DNA of 64,000 nt from a virus: the IMG/VR virus record IMGVR_UViG_3300023110_001773, positions 1 to 64,000 of that record; one strand, written 5' to 3'. This document shows positions 29,332 through 39,049 of this stretch, piece by piece; the stretch's first letter is position 1; each line of letters begins with the position of its first letter. A program made the translations under genes and the position numbers. The notes beneath the pieces are model-generated. The model was not told the origin of the DNA. It searched no databases and saw only the letters and a program-made list of their open reading frames with translations.

Positions 29332-29580
29332 TTAATAAATTTTTTTCAAATCGTACCCAACATCACCCACCATTTTTATTTCGTGTCTCTTTCCTTCCAT
29401 ATCAACAAAAATAATATGTTTGGTAGTAAGTTTTACTATTTTTTTACAATGATATGTCTTTGGGGCCCCAGACTCAATTCGTGAACCATCCGGCATAACT
29501 TGCGCTGGGCCTGGGAAGAATACAGTAAGTTCATATTCTTCTGTGAACCATAGTTTGATTTTTTCTATTAACCATTTCAT
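29332..29580 (-). CDS. hypothetical protein
   Basis: 82-aa ORF in operon. Confidence 0.65.
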   Translation of the reverse strand: MKWLIEKIKLWFTEEYELTVFFPGPAQVMPDGSRIESGAPKTYHCKKIVKLTTKHIIFVDMEGKRHEIKMVGDVGYDLKKIY

Positions 29581-29589
29581 TTGATTTCC

Positions 29590-30546
29590 TCAAGCAAAGT
29601 TAAGGGTATTCATAGACGGGCCTATCAAACCAATAATATCATCCGCCCAGATTTTATGAGTTTCAGCGCCTGGGTGTATCAAATCTCTTGCCATACTTAT
29701 ACCATCAAAAGAATCATTTCCTCTAGCCAGCTGCCATTCATAGTGGCCCCATGCTCTATACTCTTTACGAAATTCATGTGCAGAATCAACAATAAAAACT
29801 GGAATTTTCATTTCTTTTGCTATTGTTTGAAGCATAACAATGTTTTTTGATGTTTGGACAAGGTTGTTCATATCGTTTAAGATAGAACAATATTCCATAC
29901 TGTACATTTCTTCTTTCGTTGGGTTTTTCTTTATTGTATTTGCAGAACAAGACCTTATATTAAAACCAGAAAAAAAATTCCATCGTCTAGGAGGGGGATT
30001 CAACACAACAATTGCTTTTGGATTTTTTACATCGGTTCTTAACATAAACATAGCATGTAAAACTGCTAAATCCAATCCAGTGCCAGGAACACCAAAGTTG
30101 AAATCCGCACAATCAAAGTATTTAGATACTATGTGTGAGAAAGTTTTTTCTTTTGGCAATCCGACACCAAAAGTGTGACTGCATCCATAAAACACAATCC
30201 CCTCTTTATCATAACTATCATCAATTCTAAACCCATCCGAGTTTAAATTATAATTGATTGCTACTGGAACACCTTTCTCGGTTATCCACCCAAAGTGTTC
30301 CAAACACTTTAACCTTACTTTATCTTTTTTGTTTTTTTTAAATGCGTCTAAATTATCAGTTGACATCCAGTGAACAAGATGATCTCTGTTTTCTTGATAT
30401 TCTGTTTCAGCAAACTGTAAATTGACACCACCAATAGACCTTCTTAGGTTCACCAGTTCTTCTTGCGGTAGACATATACTATGTTCCCACCCGAGGCCTC
30501 GTCCCAAATAAGTTCTTACATATTCTAAAACTTTATCAACTTTCAT
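29590..30546 (-). CDS. SGNH/GDSL-like family protein
   Basis: NSDGFR, YGCSHTFGVG, NFGVPG, ARDLIHPG. Confidence 0.6.
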   Translation of the reverse strand: MKVDKVLEYVRTYLGRGLGWEHSICLPQEELVNLRRSIGGVNLQFAETEYQENRDHLVHWMSTDNLDAFKKNKKDKVRLKCLEHFGWITEKGVPVAINYNLNSDGFRIDDSYDKEGIVFYGCSHTFGVGLPKEKTFSHIVSKYFDCADFNFGVPGTGLDLAVLHAMFMLRTDVKNPKAIVVLNPPPRRWNFFSGFNIRSCSANTIKKNPTKEEMYSMEYCSILNDMNNLVQTSKNIVMLQTIAKEMKIPVFIVDSAHEFRKEYRAWGHYEWQLARGNDSFDGISMARDLIHPGAETHKIWADDIIGLIGPSMNTLNFA

Positions 30547-30562
30547 AATAAATTAAATAACC

Positions 30563-31081
30563 TTATGTCAACCTAACACGAACAGTTCCACCGTTATCGT
30601 AGTATGCTTGGCCGATTGCAATGCCAGCAGAAGCAGCAGATGATTCATTTGTATATGGGCCAGGCAGATTCCAACCAGAACCATCTTGCAGTTCTGTAAT
30701 TGTGGTAGCGGTGGCCAACTCTGTATCCAAGTTTGCGGTCTGTAAAAATGCAGATAAGTCAACTGTATTACCATTACTTATAGTTAAATCAGTACCAGCA
30801 ATACTAAGTGTCTGCGAATCAGTATTCTGTCCTGACAAAGAACTTAGATCAGCACTATTGCCACCAGAAATGGATAGAGTATTTGTCCCAGAATCCCAAG
30901 AAATTGTTTGTGAGGAACCACCCCCACCAGTGTTTATAATAACACCGCCTGGAGTAGAACCATCAGAAATTCTGAGAGTAGTGGTGGTGGGATCATAGAA
31001 AATTTCTCCAGCAGAACCCACAAAGGTGGTTGCGTCAGACCCACCCAATTGTTCTACGAAATTTCTAAATACAGTAGTCAC
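30563..31081 (-). CDS. putative fibre/structural protein
   Basis: GEIFYD..LRISDGSTPGG fibre N-terminal motif; two QTxS..LxISxGN.xDLS repeats; probable GTG start 31081. Confidence 0.6.
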   Translation of the reverse strand: MTTVFRNFVEQLGGSDATTFVGSAGEIFYDPTTTTLRISDGSTPGGVIINTGGGGSSQTISWDSGTNTLSISGGNSADLSSLSGQNTDSQTLSIAGTDLTISNGNTVDLSAFLQTANLDTELATATTITELQDGSGWNLPGPYTNESSAASAGIAIGQAYYDNGGTVRVRLT

Positions 31082-31365
31082 TAGCAGTTCCACCTTCTTC
31101 TTGCGGCCTTACCTCTTTCGCCTGTCCAACTACGAGATCGAGCGCAGAATGATTTGCGTCTCTTTGCGTCTTTGCTACCAGGCTTTAGTTTACTGGGCGG
31201 AGTAGTAACTGCGGTTTGCAATTTAGAGCCTGGGTTTTGGCGGCGATACTTTTCGACACCTTTTTTGGTTAAGCCAGCACCTTTGCTAACAGGAAGTTTA
31301 TGACCACCCTTGACGGTCATACCCTTCATACCTTCTTCGCCCAAAAATTCTAGGAAAGTTTTCAT
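31081..31365 (-). CDS. small basic protein with capsid-targeting-like N-terminus
   Basis: MKTFLEFLGEE; KRRKSFCARS..ARRRWNC. Confidence 0.75.
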   Translation of the reverse strand: MKTFLEFLGEEGMKGMTVKGGHKLPVSKGAGLTKKGVEKYRRQNPGSKLQTAVTTPPSKLKPGSKDAKRRKSFCARSRSWTGERGKAARRRWNC

Positions 31366-33674
31366 TTCTTTTTCACCTTAAATTTCTTAGCCTTTTGTGC
31401 CGAAGCAGAAGACTTTGCGGATGAAGCTTTATACTTCTTCGCCTTCTGTGGTTTTTTGTTGGTAGATGTAAGTCGTTTCAATTCATTCTTTCTAATGATT
31501 GGAACCATTCTCTGTGCAAGTCTAGAGATCAGTCCTGTAAATCGTTTTGACATAGCCTCAATTCTAGCCTTTTCGGCAGGAGGCATGGAAGACATGTCTC
31601 TCCCTCTAGCAAGTCTGGACTTAATCATGTTTCTTGCACCACGAGTTGCCCTTCTCTTAACCCTAGCAGGATCGGCGGCTCTCCTAGATGCTCTCATTCT
31701 AGCAACTTTGAGTTTCTGTCTGTTTCTTCTAGCGTTAAAACGCCTCTTCATTCTACCTTGAATAGACAGGGCTTCAAGAATGTCCACGTTGTCGTGAATA
31801 TCTGATTCTTCATCGTCATCTTCTTCTGCTGAATCAAAGTCTTCTAATTCTTCTGAATCGTACATACCCAAACCTATCATCTCATCAAAATCCATATTGT
31901 CAATTTGAACTTCCATGTCGGCAATATCTTCCGATGTGAAGATAGAATCAACATCCATTTCCAAAACTTCCATCTCTTCTTCACATCCACAGTGTTCTTT
32001 TATTTTTAGTTTATCAAGAACCATCTGTCTAGCTTTTTGGCCAAGGTCTTTGAAGTGATATAGGTTTTCACTATCCTTTGTGTGTTTCTTACCAGTCATA
32101 ACTTGTCCATCGTGGGCGTGTTGATCACCCTTCCATTCAGTACCATCTTTCTTATAGTGACCATCGGTTTTCCACGAATGATTCTCACCTTCTTCGATCT
32201 TTGTTTTGTAGTGATATTTGTTGGTGGTTTGATTTTTCTTGGTAGTAGAGCCTGGTTCGCCTGGAGTCAAGGCCTTGAAGTATTGTGTACCTTCTGGTCT
32301 TCCCCACTCGTATCGACTAATCTGTTTGTCTTCCTTCTGATACATTTTTGCCAGAGTTCTAGCATCAACCTTGTCGGAAATCGTTCTTGCTACTTGTGCA
32401 GCATAGTATTCAATACCGTGTTTGAGTTTGCCGCCACCTTCTCTCTTCTTTCTATCGATAATAGGTTTCAGAGTTTTGAGTGCGGTGTTATAGTGAACTC
32501 TATGAACAGTTTTGGCAAGTGGGTCTTTCATCCACTGAAATGTTTCTTTTTGAGTTTTTGAGGAATCAACTGCTTTTGCAGAAGTATCCTTCATTTTCTT
32601 GATCATATCCGTATAAAACTTTTGACGGGCTTCCAAATCTATACCGTGGTGAGTTTTGAGTCGTCTATTGAGACGTTCTGCTGCAGAAAGTTTTGCTGCC
32701 TCTTTGACATCCGTCTTGACCATGATGGGTTTACCACCCTTGCCCTTTCTATCGGCAACGGGGTCTTTTCTTCTCTTGCGTCTGGCAGAAGTCGCCCTAT
32801 CGTCCTTGTCCATACTGTGTGCCTTTTGTCTCGGCATACACTTGGGTTTACCTTCGCCAGGCTCTCTTGCACATTGACCTTTGATTTCTCCATCCGTACC
32901 TACACGAACCCAATCACCTTTGGGATGATCTTTACTAAACCAATTACGGAGGTCTTCTCTTATGCCCCTCTGTTGTTTTTGGTCACGAATCCATCGTTGA
33001 GCGATATAATTATGGGAAGTTTTTACCCACCGACCAACCTTGCGATAGGCGTGCATAATTCCACTTTGATAGTCTGAACCCTCTGAGTTATCAATAATAA
33101 CAAAATCGTTTCCAAACAAGTTCTGAAACTTACCAATATTCTTTTGTGTTTCTTTCCACATGAAACCCAGTGAAACATTGTCAATAGTTCTGGCTCGATT
33201 TGCATTTCTTTTTCTAGCAGTCTCTCTGTCAGCATTGACAAAAATCATCATTGTCTGGTAACCTAGAGTCTCAAGTGCGTTTTTCTGTTTTTCTATCTTA
33301 GCGTAATCTTTACCAGTACCGTCAATGACAAGACCAAGACGCCCTTCAATATATTGGTCTTGCCTTTTATTAGTTATGTATTTTGCTCGGTCACGCATCG
33401 CCTGACCTTTTGGGCTAGAGATGAAGTCAGTAATTGCTTTTTTCGCCGGGTCTCTTCTAGAAGAGTATGATTGCATAACTCCAGCTTTCTTTAATGCATT
33501 CTCAAACGCATCATCAGAGTTGATAGTCTTTAACCCAAAAGTAGACAGTGCAGTCTGTCCAACGACAAATGACTTACCGCTACCAGGCCCGCCGGCTAAG
33601 AAAACCGCTTTGAAGATGGCAGGGTCATTGACACCTTCTTCTAGAGGTAGAAAATCTTTGAAAGTCTTATCCAT
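31362..33674 (-). CDS. P-loop kinase (zeta-toxin/Pnk-like) fused to multiple basic modules; putative internal head protein
   Basis: MDKTFKDFLPLEE; AGGPGSGKS; LVIDGTG; R..R lid; late promoter. Confidence 0.75.
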   Translation of the reverse strand: MDKTFKDFLPLEEGVNDPAIFKAVFLAGGPGSGKSFVVGQTALSTFGLKTINSDDAFENALKKAGVMQSYSSRRDPAKKAITDFISSPKGQAMRDRAKYITNKRQDQYIEGRLGLVIDGTGKDYAKIEKQKNALETLGYQTMMIFVNADRETARKRNANRARTIDNVSLGFMWKETQKNIGKFQNLFGNDFVIIDNSEGSDYQSGIMHAYRKVGRWVKTSHNYIAQRWIRDQKQQRGIREDLRNWFSKDHPKGDWVRVGTDGEIKGQCAREPGEGKPKCMPRQKAHSMDKDDRATSARRKRRKDPVADRKGKGGKPIMVKTDVKEAAKLSAAERLNRRLKTHHGIDLEARQKFYTDMIKKMKDTSAKAVDSSKTQKETFQWMKDPLAKTVHRVHYNTALKTLKPIIDRKKREGGGKLKHGIEYYAAQVARTISDKVDARTLAKMYQKEDKQISRYEWGRPEGTQYFKALTPGEPGSTTKKNQTTNKYHYKTKIEEGENHSWKTDGHYKKDGTEWKGDQHAHDGQVMTGKKHTKDSENLYHFKDLGQKARQMVLDKLKIKEHCGCEEEMEVLEMDVDSIFTSEDIADMEVQIDNMDFDEMIGLGMYDSEELEDFDSAEEDDDEESDIHDNVDILEALSIQGRMKRRFNARRNRQKLKVARMRASRRAADPARVKRRATRGARNMIKSRLARGRDMSSMPPAEKARIEAMSKRFTGLISRLAQRMVPIIRKNELKRLTSTNKKPQKAKKYKASSAKSSASAQKAKKFKVKKK

Positions 33675-33680
33675 AAGGAC

Positions 33681-33688
33681 TATTTATA
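33681..33688 (-). promoter_or_regulatory. T4-type late promoter
   Basis: TATAAATA 6 nt before ATG. Confidence 0.75.
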
Positions 33689-33899
33689 ATACCTTAACTA
33701 ACTTAGAGATAGCATCAACAACCTTAGCAGCAAGAATTTTCATACTCTCATCTTTAATATCTTCTCTGATTGATTCGATATCAGTAAAGTCTTGAACAAG
33801 TTCTTCGTATTCATCTTGGGAAATCATACCACCGTCTAAGAGTTCATTGAGTTCTCTGACTTTTTGTTCGTACTTCTTAATTAATGCGTCTTCGCTCAT
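33684..33899 (-). CDS. hypothetical protein
   Basis: GMISQDEYEE (SHOCT-like); coupled to the lipoprotein gene. Confidence 0.65.
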   Translation of the reverse strand: MSEDALIKKYEQKVRELNELLDGGMISQDEYEELVQDFTDIESIREDIKDESMKILAAKVVDAISKLVKVL

Positions 33900-34267
33900 T
33901 TCATTCTACTCCCAGCTACGGCAAGTGCCTCTTCTACTATAGAGGAAATATTTCCCCACTTGATTCTACAATAACCCTCAGACGGGTCTTGTCTGTTTCT
34001 CAACTCAGTGGTTAGATCATGAATCTGTGTATAGATTTTTTGATTTGTTTCGTTCATGGTATGTTCTGAATACTTTTCCAAGAAAGCAGAATAAGACCAT
34101 GCCAGTTGAATCTGGTCTGAGGAACAATCCTTTGTGTTTTCTGAAATTACACCCAAGTGTACCAAATTACCATATTCCACATTATCAAACTTATCTGGTA
34201 TTAAATTGCTAAGGCTAGAACACCCAACCAATACCGTTGTTAAAACACCAACTAAAAAACCTTTCAT
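33896..34267 (-). CDS. putative lipoprotein
   Basis: lipobox LVGC. Confidence 0.7.
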   Translation of the reverse strand: MKGFLVGVLTTVLVGCSSLSNLIPDKFDNVEYGNLVHLGVISENTKDCSSDQIQLAWSYSAFLEKYSEHTMNETNQKIYTQIHDLTTELRNRQDPSEGYCRIKWGNISSIVEEALAVAGSRMK

Positions 34268-34710
34268 ACTGACTCCAAACGACTCATCAACCTCTCTGCT
34301 CTGTTGGTGACCTGTTTATACCACAAAGAATCTCTTCCCTCTACTGCGGCATTTTTCCAATCACCCTCTAAGAGAGCTTCATTCATTTTTTTAAACTTGG
34401 ATAATCGGGTACGTCCCATATTAAACATCATGTTGACCAATATCTGCTGGACTTCATCGGGAAAATCTCGAAAACACCCCTCCCCGTATAAAGCATCACA
34501 TTCTCGGATTGCTGTCTCCAAATCTCTATCAAATACCTCTCTGACTCTTTCTTCGTCCACTGGAGTTCCAATTGGTTTTCCGATCTCCTCGTCACCCTCA
34601 ACGATGAGGTGTCCGACTCCGAAAGTAGGATATCCAAGGTGATCATTGTAGATTTCATACACTACACCCTCGTCTATCTTTAATTGTTCGTATACTGCCT
34701 CTCTGTTCAT
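34264..34710 (-). CDS. T4-type lysozyme (GH24)
   Basis: DEG..IYNDHLGYPTFGVGHL, NMMFNMG, SLWYKQVTNRA. Confidence 0.92.
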   Translation of the reverse strand: MNREAVYEQLKIDEGVVYEIYNDHLGYPTFGVGHLIVEGDEEIGKPIGTPVDEERVREVFDRDLETAIRECDALYGEGCFRDFPDEVQQILVNMMFNMGRTRLSKFKKMNEALLEGDWKNAAVEGRDSLWYKQVTNRAERLMSRLESV

Positions 34711-35360
34711 TTATTTGACTCCTTCAGAAACATTGAAAAGGACATTCTCACTTGGTCTTCATGAAGACCCATACCTTTTCTGGTAGCATGGAACAATTTT
34801 TTTGCCTCTTCATGAGAGGTGTTCTTATGCAAACCAGACTTAAAAGATTTATAATCATTGTTAGATGCGTGAGATCGCATCTTTGTTCCACTTATTCCAG
34901 CAACACCCGAAGCATCAGGATCACGAGCACCAGCAGATACAACTTTGAGGTGCTTAAACTTATAATATCCGTGAGAACCCTTTTTGCCATTATACTTGTC
35001 TGCAAGTTTCTGGAATTCATGAACACGATCTGATCCTGCCACCATTGTGACATGGGTGTGACCCTCTTGGTGCATTTTACTGAGGTGTGCAAAAAAGTGA
35101 GGATGGGATTGCGAAGATGCTTCAAACTTTCCGTGGGGATGAACATGTTTGAGATACCTCAATTTTTGTTTTGCTGAGAGCGGGTTTTTGTGTTTGTCCT
35201 GAGAGTGACTAACTATAACTCTATGATCAGCATTCCTCGATTTTGCTTCTGCATGAACCTTGTCTACCAATTTACTGTGACCAGCAGTAGGCGGATTCAT
35301 TCTTCCAAATGCAAACACGATATGTTTTTCTTTTTCTTCTTTTATTCTCATCTGTCCCAC
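34707..35360 (-). CDS. HIGH-family nucleotidyltransferase (phage 'cytidyltransferase', NadD-like fold)
   Basis: FGRMNPPTAGH, KNPL, AGSDR, SAGARDPD, ISGTKMR. Confidence 0.85.
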   Translation of the reverse strand: MGQMRIKEEKEKHIVFAFGRMNPPTAGHSKLVDKVHAEAKSRNADHRVIVSHSQDKHKNPLSAKQKLRYLKHVHPHGKFEASSQSHPHFFAHLSKMHQEGHTHVTMVAGSDRVHEFQKLADKYNGKKGSHGYYKFKHLKVVSAGARDPDASGVAGISGTKMRSHASNNDYKSFKSGLHKNTSHEEAKKLFHATRKGMGLHEDQVRMSFSMFLKESNK

Positions 35361-36607
35361 GCCTTGATTGCAGTGAAATTATTGTAACTGAATTCCATGC
35401 GGTCAACAAGTTTAACTGCATTACCACCAACTCTATCGATAGCAACATAACCTTCTGGATTGACAACCTTGAATCCCTGTTTGGTGCGAACAAAAGTATC
35501 CATCAACTGTTTGATAGAATTTAGTTTCCTCACAATAATCATCTTCGCATCTACCAGAGCATTTTGAAAAGCAACAATATTTCCAAGTAAAACCCTATGT
35601 TTTTTTATTTCTCTGAGAGTTTCTACTTTCTTTTTCTCCACTCTCTTCTTTGCATCGGGGGTCTTTAGTTTATTAGCAGCAAGGTCAAACTTTTCCGACA
35701 CCCAAGTTTCATAACCAGAAACATGGGTGGAAACATTGGCAATTTTCTCTCCAACCCTAACTTTGGAGTTATTGTATGTTTTGAGTGTAGCGCCAGTAGT
35801 TTTACTATCAGCTTCCAAAGCAGACTGCAATCTCATAAAATTCTTTAACTGTACAGCATCGATTTTGCGAAATAACTTTCCTGCCTCGGAAAGTTTTGCA
35901 GTTACCGATGCAGTTTCAGATTTTGTAAAGGTAGCAGTGCCACTTTCATCACGATAACTAGCATCATCCATCCACACACTTTTTATTTTTTTGAGACCAC
36001 TGATATTTGCACCAAAAGACGCTTGCATATTTTGCAAACTGTTGCCAGTATATGTGGTATGCCATACAACACCAATTCTCGCAGCCCTTATCTGATTGTC
36101 AAGATCAGAACCACGGGGAACTGCATAAACGATTGTATTTGGTTGAAATGTTGTATACCTAACATTATCAATGGTCTCGGTTTCAAGGGAACCAGAGGTA
36201 AACATCAAATCACCCTGTAGAACTCCCCTGATACCGAGTTTGCTAAATTCTTCTAATGCGATACTAAAAGGAATTTTCAATGCTTGTGGTAGTTTAGCAT
36301 CGTCTTGTATTTCTTTTTTTGTCTTATATAGTAGCGGTGTTTTGTTGAACACAGACTTCTTTGCGACAAAAAACTTCCCATCCGAGGGGTCTACACCAGC
36401 AAAGATAGCAGGGGCCCCATCCCACTTCACTGTCATGTGAACAGAGGAACGAGAACTACCAGAAAGCATATCACGCAAAGACTGTAAAAAATTAATTGCG
36501 CCCCTAGCCCCACCAATTCCGAAATTAATAATTTCGTCTTCTAGGTGTTCTAGGTGAAGATTCTTCCCTTGGGCATCTTCATTTAAATAGGATGAAAAAC
36601 TATACAT
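35348..36607 (-). CDS. conserved T4-like protein with ATP-dependent ligase motifs
   Basis: KNLHLEHLED; KWDG (motif I), QGDLM (III), EGYV (IV), VKLV (V). Confidence 0.65.
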   Translation of the reverse strand: MYSFSSYLNEDAQGKNLHLEHLEDEIINFGIGGARGAINFLQSLRDMLSGSSRSSVHMTVKWDGAPAIFAGVDPSDGKFFVAKKSVFNKTPLLYKTKKEIQDDAKLPQALKIPFSIALEEFSKLGIRGVLQGDLMFTSGSLETETIDNVRYTTFQPNTIVYAVPRGSDLDNQIRAARIGVVWHTTYTGNSLQNMQASFGANISGLKKIKSVWMDDASYRDESGTATFTKSETASVTAKLSEAGKLFRKIDAVQLKNFMRLQSALEADSKTTGATLKTYNNSKVRVGEKIANVSTHVSGYETWVSEKFDLAANKLKTPDAKKRVEKKKVETLREIKKHRVLLGNIVAFQNALVDAKMIIVRKLNSIKQLMDTFVRTKQGFKVVNPEGYVAIDRVGGNAVKLVDRMEFSYNNFTAIKAWDR

Positions 36608-36612
36608 ACCAC

Positions 36613-36620
36613 TATTTATA
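36613..36620 (-). promoter_or_regulatory. T4-type late promoter
   Basis: TATAAATA 5 nt before ATG. Confidence 0.75.
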
Positions 36621-36629
36621 AAAAACCTC

Positions 36630-37061
36630 TCAAGCGTTTTTGGCCACGGACTTTTTTTCGGGGGCCGAACGCTTTGAAACCTCTTTAGGTTTTTTGAGCG
36701 ACCTTAGTTCTGCCTTCAATACCTTCATCTCTTCCTTGAGTTTCTCTTTCTCATTGATCTCAAATGCAACAGCGATTTTCTTATCTTCTAATGCTTTTAG
36801 AGTCACTTCAAGGTTCGCATTCACATGGACTAATTTTTGCGTCAGACTTTTGCGAAGATTTTCAGATTTTTCCAAATTGCTTTCTGCAAGTTTCATCCTC
36901 GCATAAACCTTCCACTTTTCCACATAGTCTATAGCAAGAGCCTCAGATAAAGAATCTACTTCAGCCTGTTCTAGGTTATTATCTAAGAGTTCTTGACTTT
37001 TTAAAAATTCTTTTTCTACTTTCTCTTCAAGTATTTTGATATCTTCTTCTTTCATTATCAT
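36630..37061 (-). CDS. coiled-coil hypothetical protein
   Basis: E/K-rich heptads, GGAG RBS. Confidence 0.7.
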   Translation of the reverse strand: MIMKEEDIKILEEKVEKEFLKSQELLDNNLEQAEVDSLSEALAIDYVEKWKVYARMKLAESNLEKSENLRKSLTQKLVHVNANLEVTLKALEDKKIAVAFEINEKEKLKEEMKVLKAELRSLKKPKEVSKRSAPEKKSVAKNA

Positions 37062-37068
37062 TCTCCAT

Positions 37069-37093
37069 AAAAAAAGGGGGTGTTACCCCCCTT
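37069..37093 (-). terminator. rho-independent terminator
   Basis: GGGGGT-AAC-ACCCCC stem followed by a U-tract on the minus strand. Confidence 0.65.
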
Positions 37094-37115
37094 ATTTATC
37101 ACACTTTTGATGTAA

Positions 37116-38057
37116 TTAGTTACAAACAATAGTACCTGTTCCATCATCAGCACATGTGATCGGTGTTGCAAGATCAGTACCTAACTGTTGAATCGTGGAA
37201 TTGAAGTCTGCAAGAATTGATTGAATGTTAGCATCTCTTGTTGTAGAGTAGTCCAACCAAGCATCATTCTGAGTCACGAGACTAGTCATTCCCGTAGTAC
37301 CAAGACTAATACCAGTGTTCTCAGTAGCGGCAATTCCAGTAGTACCCAAAGTCACAAGACTAGTCATACCAGCAAGACCGACTGCACCCGTTGCATTGAT
37401 ACCGTCTTCAGCAGTAGCACCAATCTGAGTGAAACCGGCGGTAGCAACATCACCAAGGGTAGTCATGCCAGTGGTTGCGATACTATCCGCAGTATTCAAA
37501 CCAGCGACTGCGACATCAACAGTTTGACCACCAGCAGTATTCAGTGCATTGAATCCTGCGATTGCAATCTCAGCAGTAGCGGCACCACCAGCAGCTGCGG
37601 TAGTAGACCAACCAGTACTCAGATCACCGACCAAACCACCAACCATTTCCTGTTGACCAAGTTGAATGGCTTCGTTACTAGCCATACTTGCCATCTGGAC
37701 TTTAGCAGCGTTATTAGATGCATTTTTCGATACACCGGCCTGGATCAAACCAAGACCCAAAGTACCAACAGTAGGCGTAAGAACTTGCGCCCATTTCAGA
37801 GCGGAAGACTCAACGTACTGCGGGGTAACGGTTTTGTCTTGAGACAGTGCGATAGCCATAACAGCTGCGGATGCAGCCTGACCATCACCACTTGCAGCGA
37901 CTTGTGCGAGCGCACGATACTTCGCTTCGGATGCAAGAGCCTGGGCTTCTGCGGTCTTGCGAATTGCTTCGTAATATTCACTTCCTGAGGCTGAAGCACA
38001 CCCCACATTTGTTGCCATGACTATAAAAGCCAATGCAACCGTCAATAACCGTGTCAT
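37116..38057 (-). CDS. exported/lipoprotein with 11-residue Gly/Ala/Thr repeats
   Basis: signal peptide ending NVGC; hendecad repeats. Confidence 0.7.
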   Translation of the reverse strand: MTRLLTVALAFIVMATNVGCASASGSEYYEAIRKTAEAQALASEAKYRALAQVAASGDGQAASAAVMAIALSQDKTVTPQYVESSALKWAQVLTPTVGTLGLGLIQAGVSKNASNNAAKVQMASMASNEAIQLGQQEMVGGLVGDLSTGWSTTAAAGGAATAEIAIAGFNALNTAGGQTVDVAVAGLNTADSIATTGMTTLGDVATAGFTQIGATAEDGINATGAVGLAGMTSLVTLGTTGIAATENTGISLGTTGMTSLVTQNDAWLDYSTTRDANIQSILADFNSTIQQLGTDLATPITCADDGTGTIVCN

Positions 38058-38120
38058 AAAAAATCCCTCTTGTTGCTTACTAAACGGTTCTAAATATATA
38101 TAGCAGAAAGAAACACAAAA

Positions 38121-38423
38121 TTAATCAGATGAGCGATATTTTTGTGATAGATTTCTCACTGCAACCGACTTGGCGTCCTTTTTGCCGTAATCATTTGCAA
38201 GAGCTGATGTTGGATTAGCTTCTGCAATTCTAGACAGGACTTCCTTGAACCCGCCGTCTGGTTTTGTTCTATCTCCATGGCCGCCAACCAAACCAGGCGC
38301 CTTACCGTTGAAAACTTTTTCAACGTGTGGATTCTCTTTAAGAAACTCTTCGGAAGCAGAAATTCCCATGAACTCTTCCCACTCTTCACCAGTTTCTTTG
38401 TTTCTAAAATTATAAGTTGGCAT
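38121..38423 (-). CDS. FmdB-like regulatory protein
   Basis: MPTYNFRNKETGE..GFKEVL. Confidence 0.75.
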   Translation of the reverse strand: MPTYNFRNKETGEEWEEFMGISASEEFLKENPHVEKVFNGKAPGLVGGHGDRTKPDGGFKEVLSRIAEANPTSALANDYGKKDAKSVAVRNLSQKYRSSD

Positions 38424-38437
38424 TTACTTTCCTAAAT

Positions 38438-38514
<77 letters not shown>

Positions 38515-38519
38515 AAAAA

Positions 38520-38798
38520 TTATAACTTATCTACAATGGTTTTAATTTCTGGAGTATTTTCATCCAAACCAAGAGATTTTGCATAGTTTAACTGATTTGT
38601 CTCAACTTTTTTCAAACCCAAAACATGTCTAGCTTCATCACGAACTTCAGCAGAACAAGAAAAACCAAATTTATCTGGGTCTAAAAGAGACCAGATAAAT
38701 GTATATGCTTCAAGAATATTCTGTGCAACTTCTGGGTTTGACATCTCTTTGATGCCATCCGCAATTTTGTTTAAATGTTCTTTTGAACTAGAACTCAT
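38520..38798 (-). CDS. hypothetical protein
   Basis: LLDPD.FG..EVRDEAR motif. Confidence 0.7.
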   Translation of the reverse strand: MSSSSKEHLNKIADGIKEMSNPEVAQNILEAYTFIWSLLDPDKFGFSCSAEVRDEARHVLGLKKVETNQLNYAKSLGLDENTPEIKTIVDKL

Positions 38799-38832
38799 TA
38801 TGAAATACCTTTTTTATCAATTTCAATTTACT

Positions 38833-38861
38833 ATACTAACAAAAGTATCAACTAAAGTCAA
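38833..38861 (-). promoter_or_regulatory. sigma70-type promoter
   Basis: TTGACT-N17-TAGTAT. Confidence 0.7.
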
Positions 38862-39049
38862 GGAAATATTTCAACAAATTTTCGATAACTTTTTGAAAAC
38901 TGGCGGGAAGGTTTTGAAAAAATGATTTCTTCTTTAGTGCCAGTCTTGATGTATCCCACACACTTTGAGTCTTCAAATATATATGTGTGATTGGGGACAG
39001 TGTGTTCAACTTTGTCCCACTTGGTTATTTCTTTGAAGTATCTTTTCAA
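38858..39049 (-). CDS. hypothetical protein
   Basis: EITKWD..PNHTY..FSKSYRKF motif. Confidence 0.7.
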   Translation of the reverse strand: MKRYFKEITKWDKVEHTVPNHTYIFEDSKCVGYIKTGTKEEIIFSKPSRQFSKSYRKFVEIFP

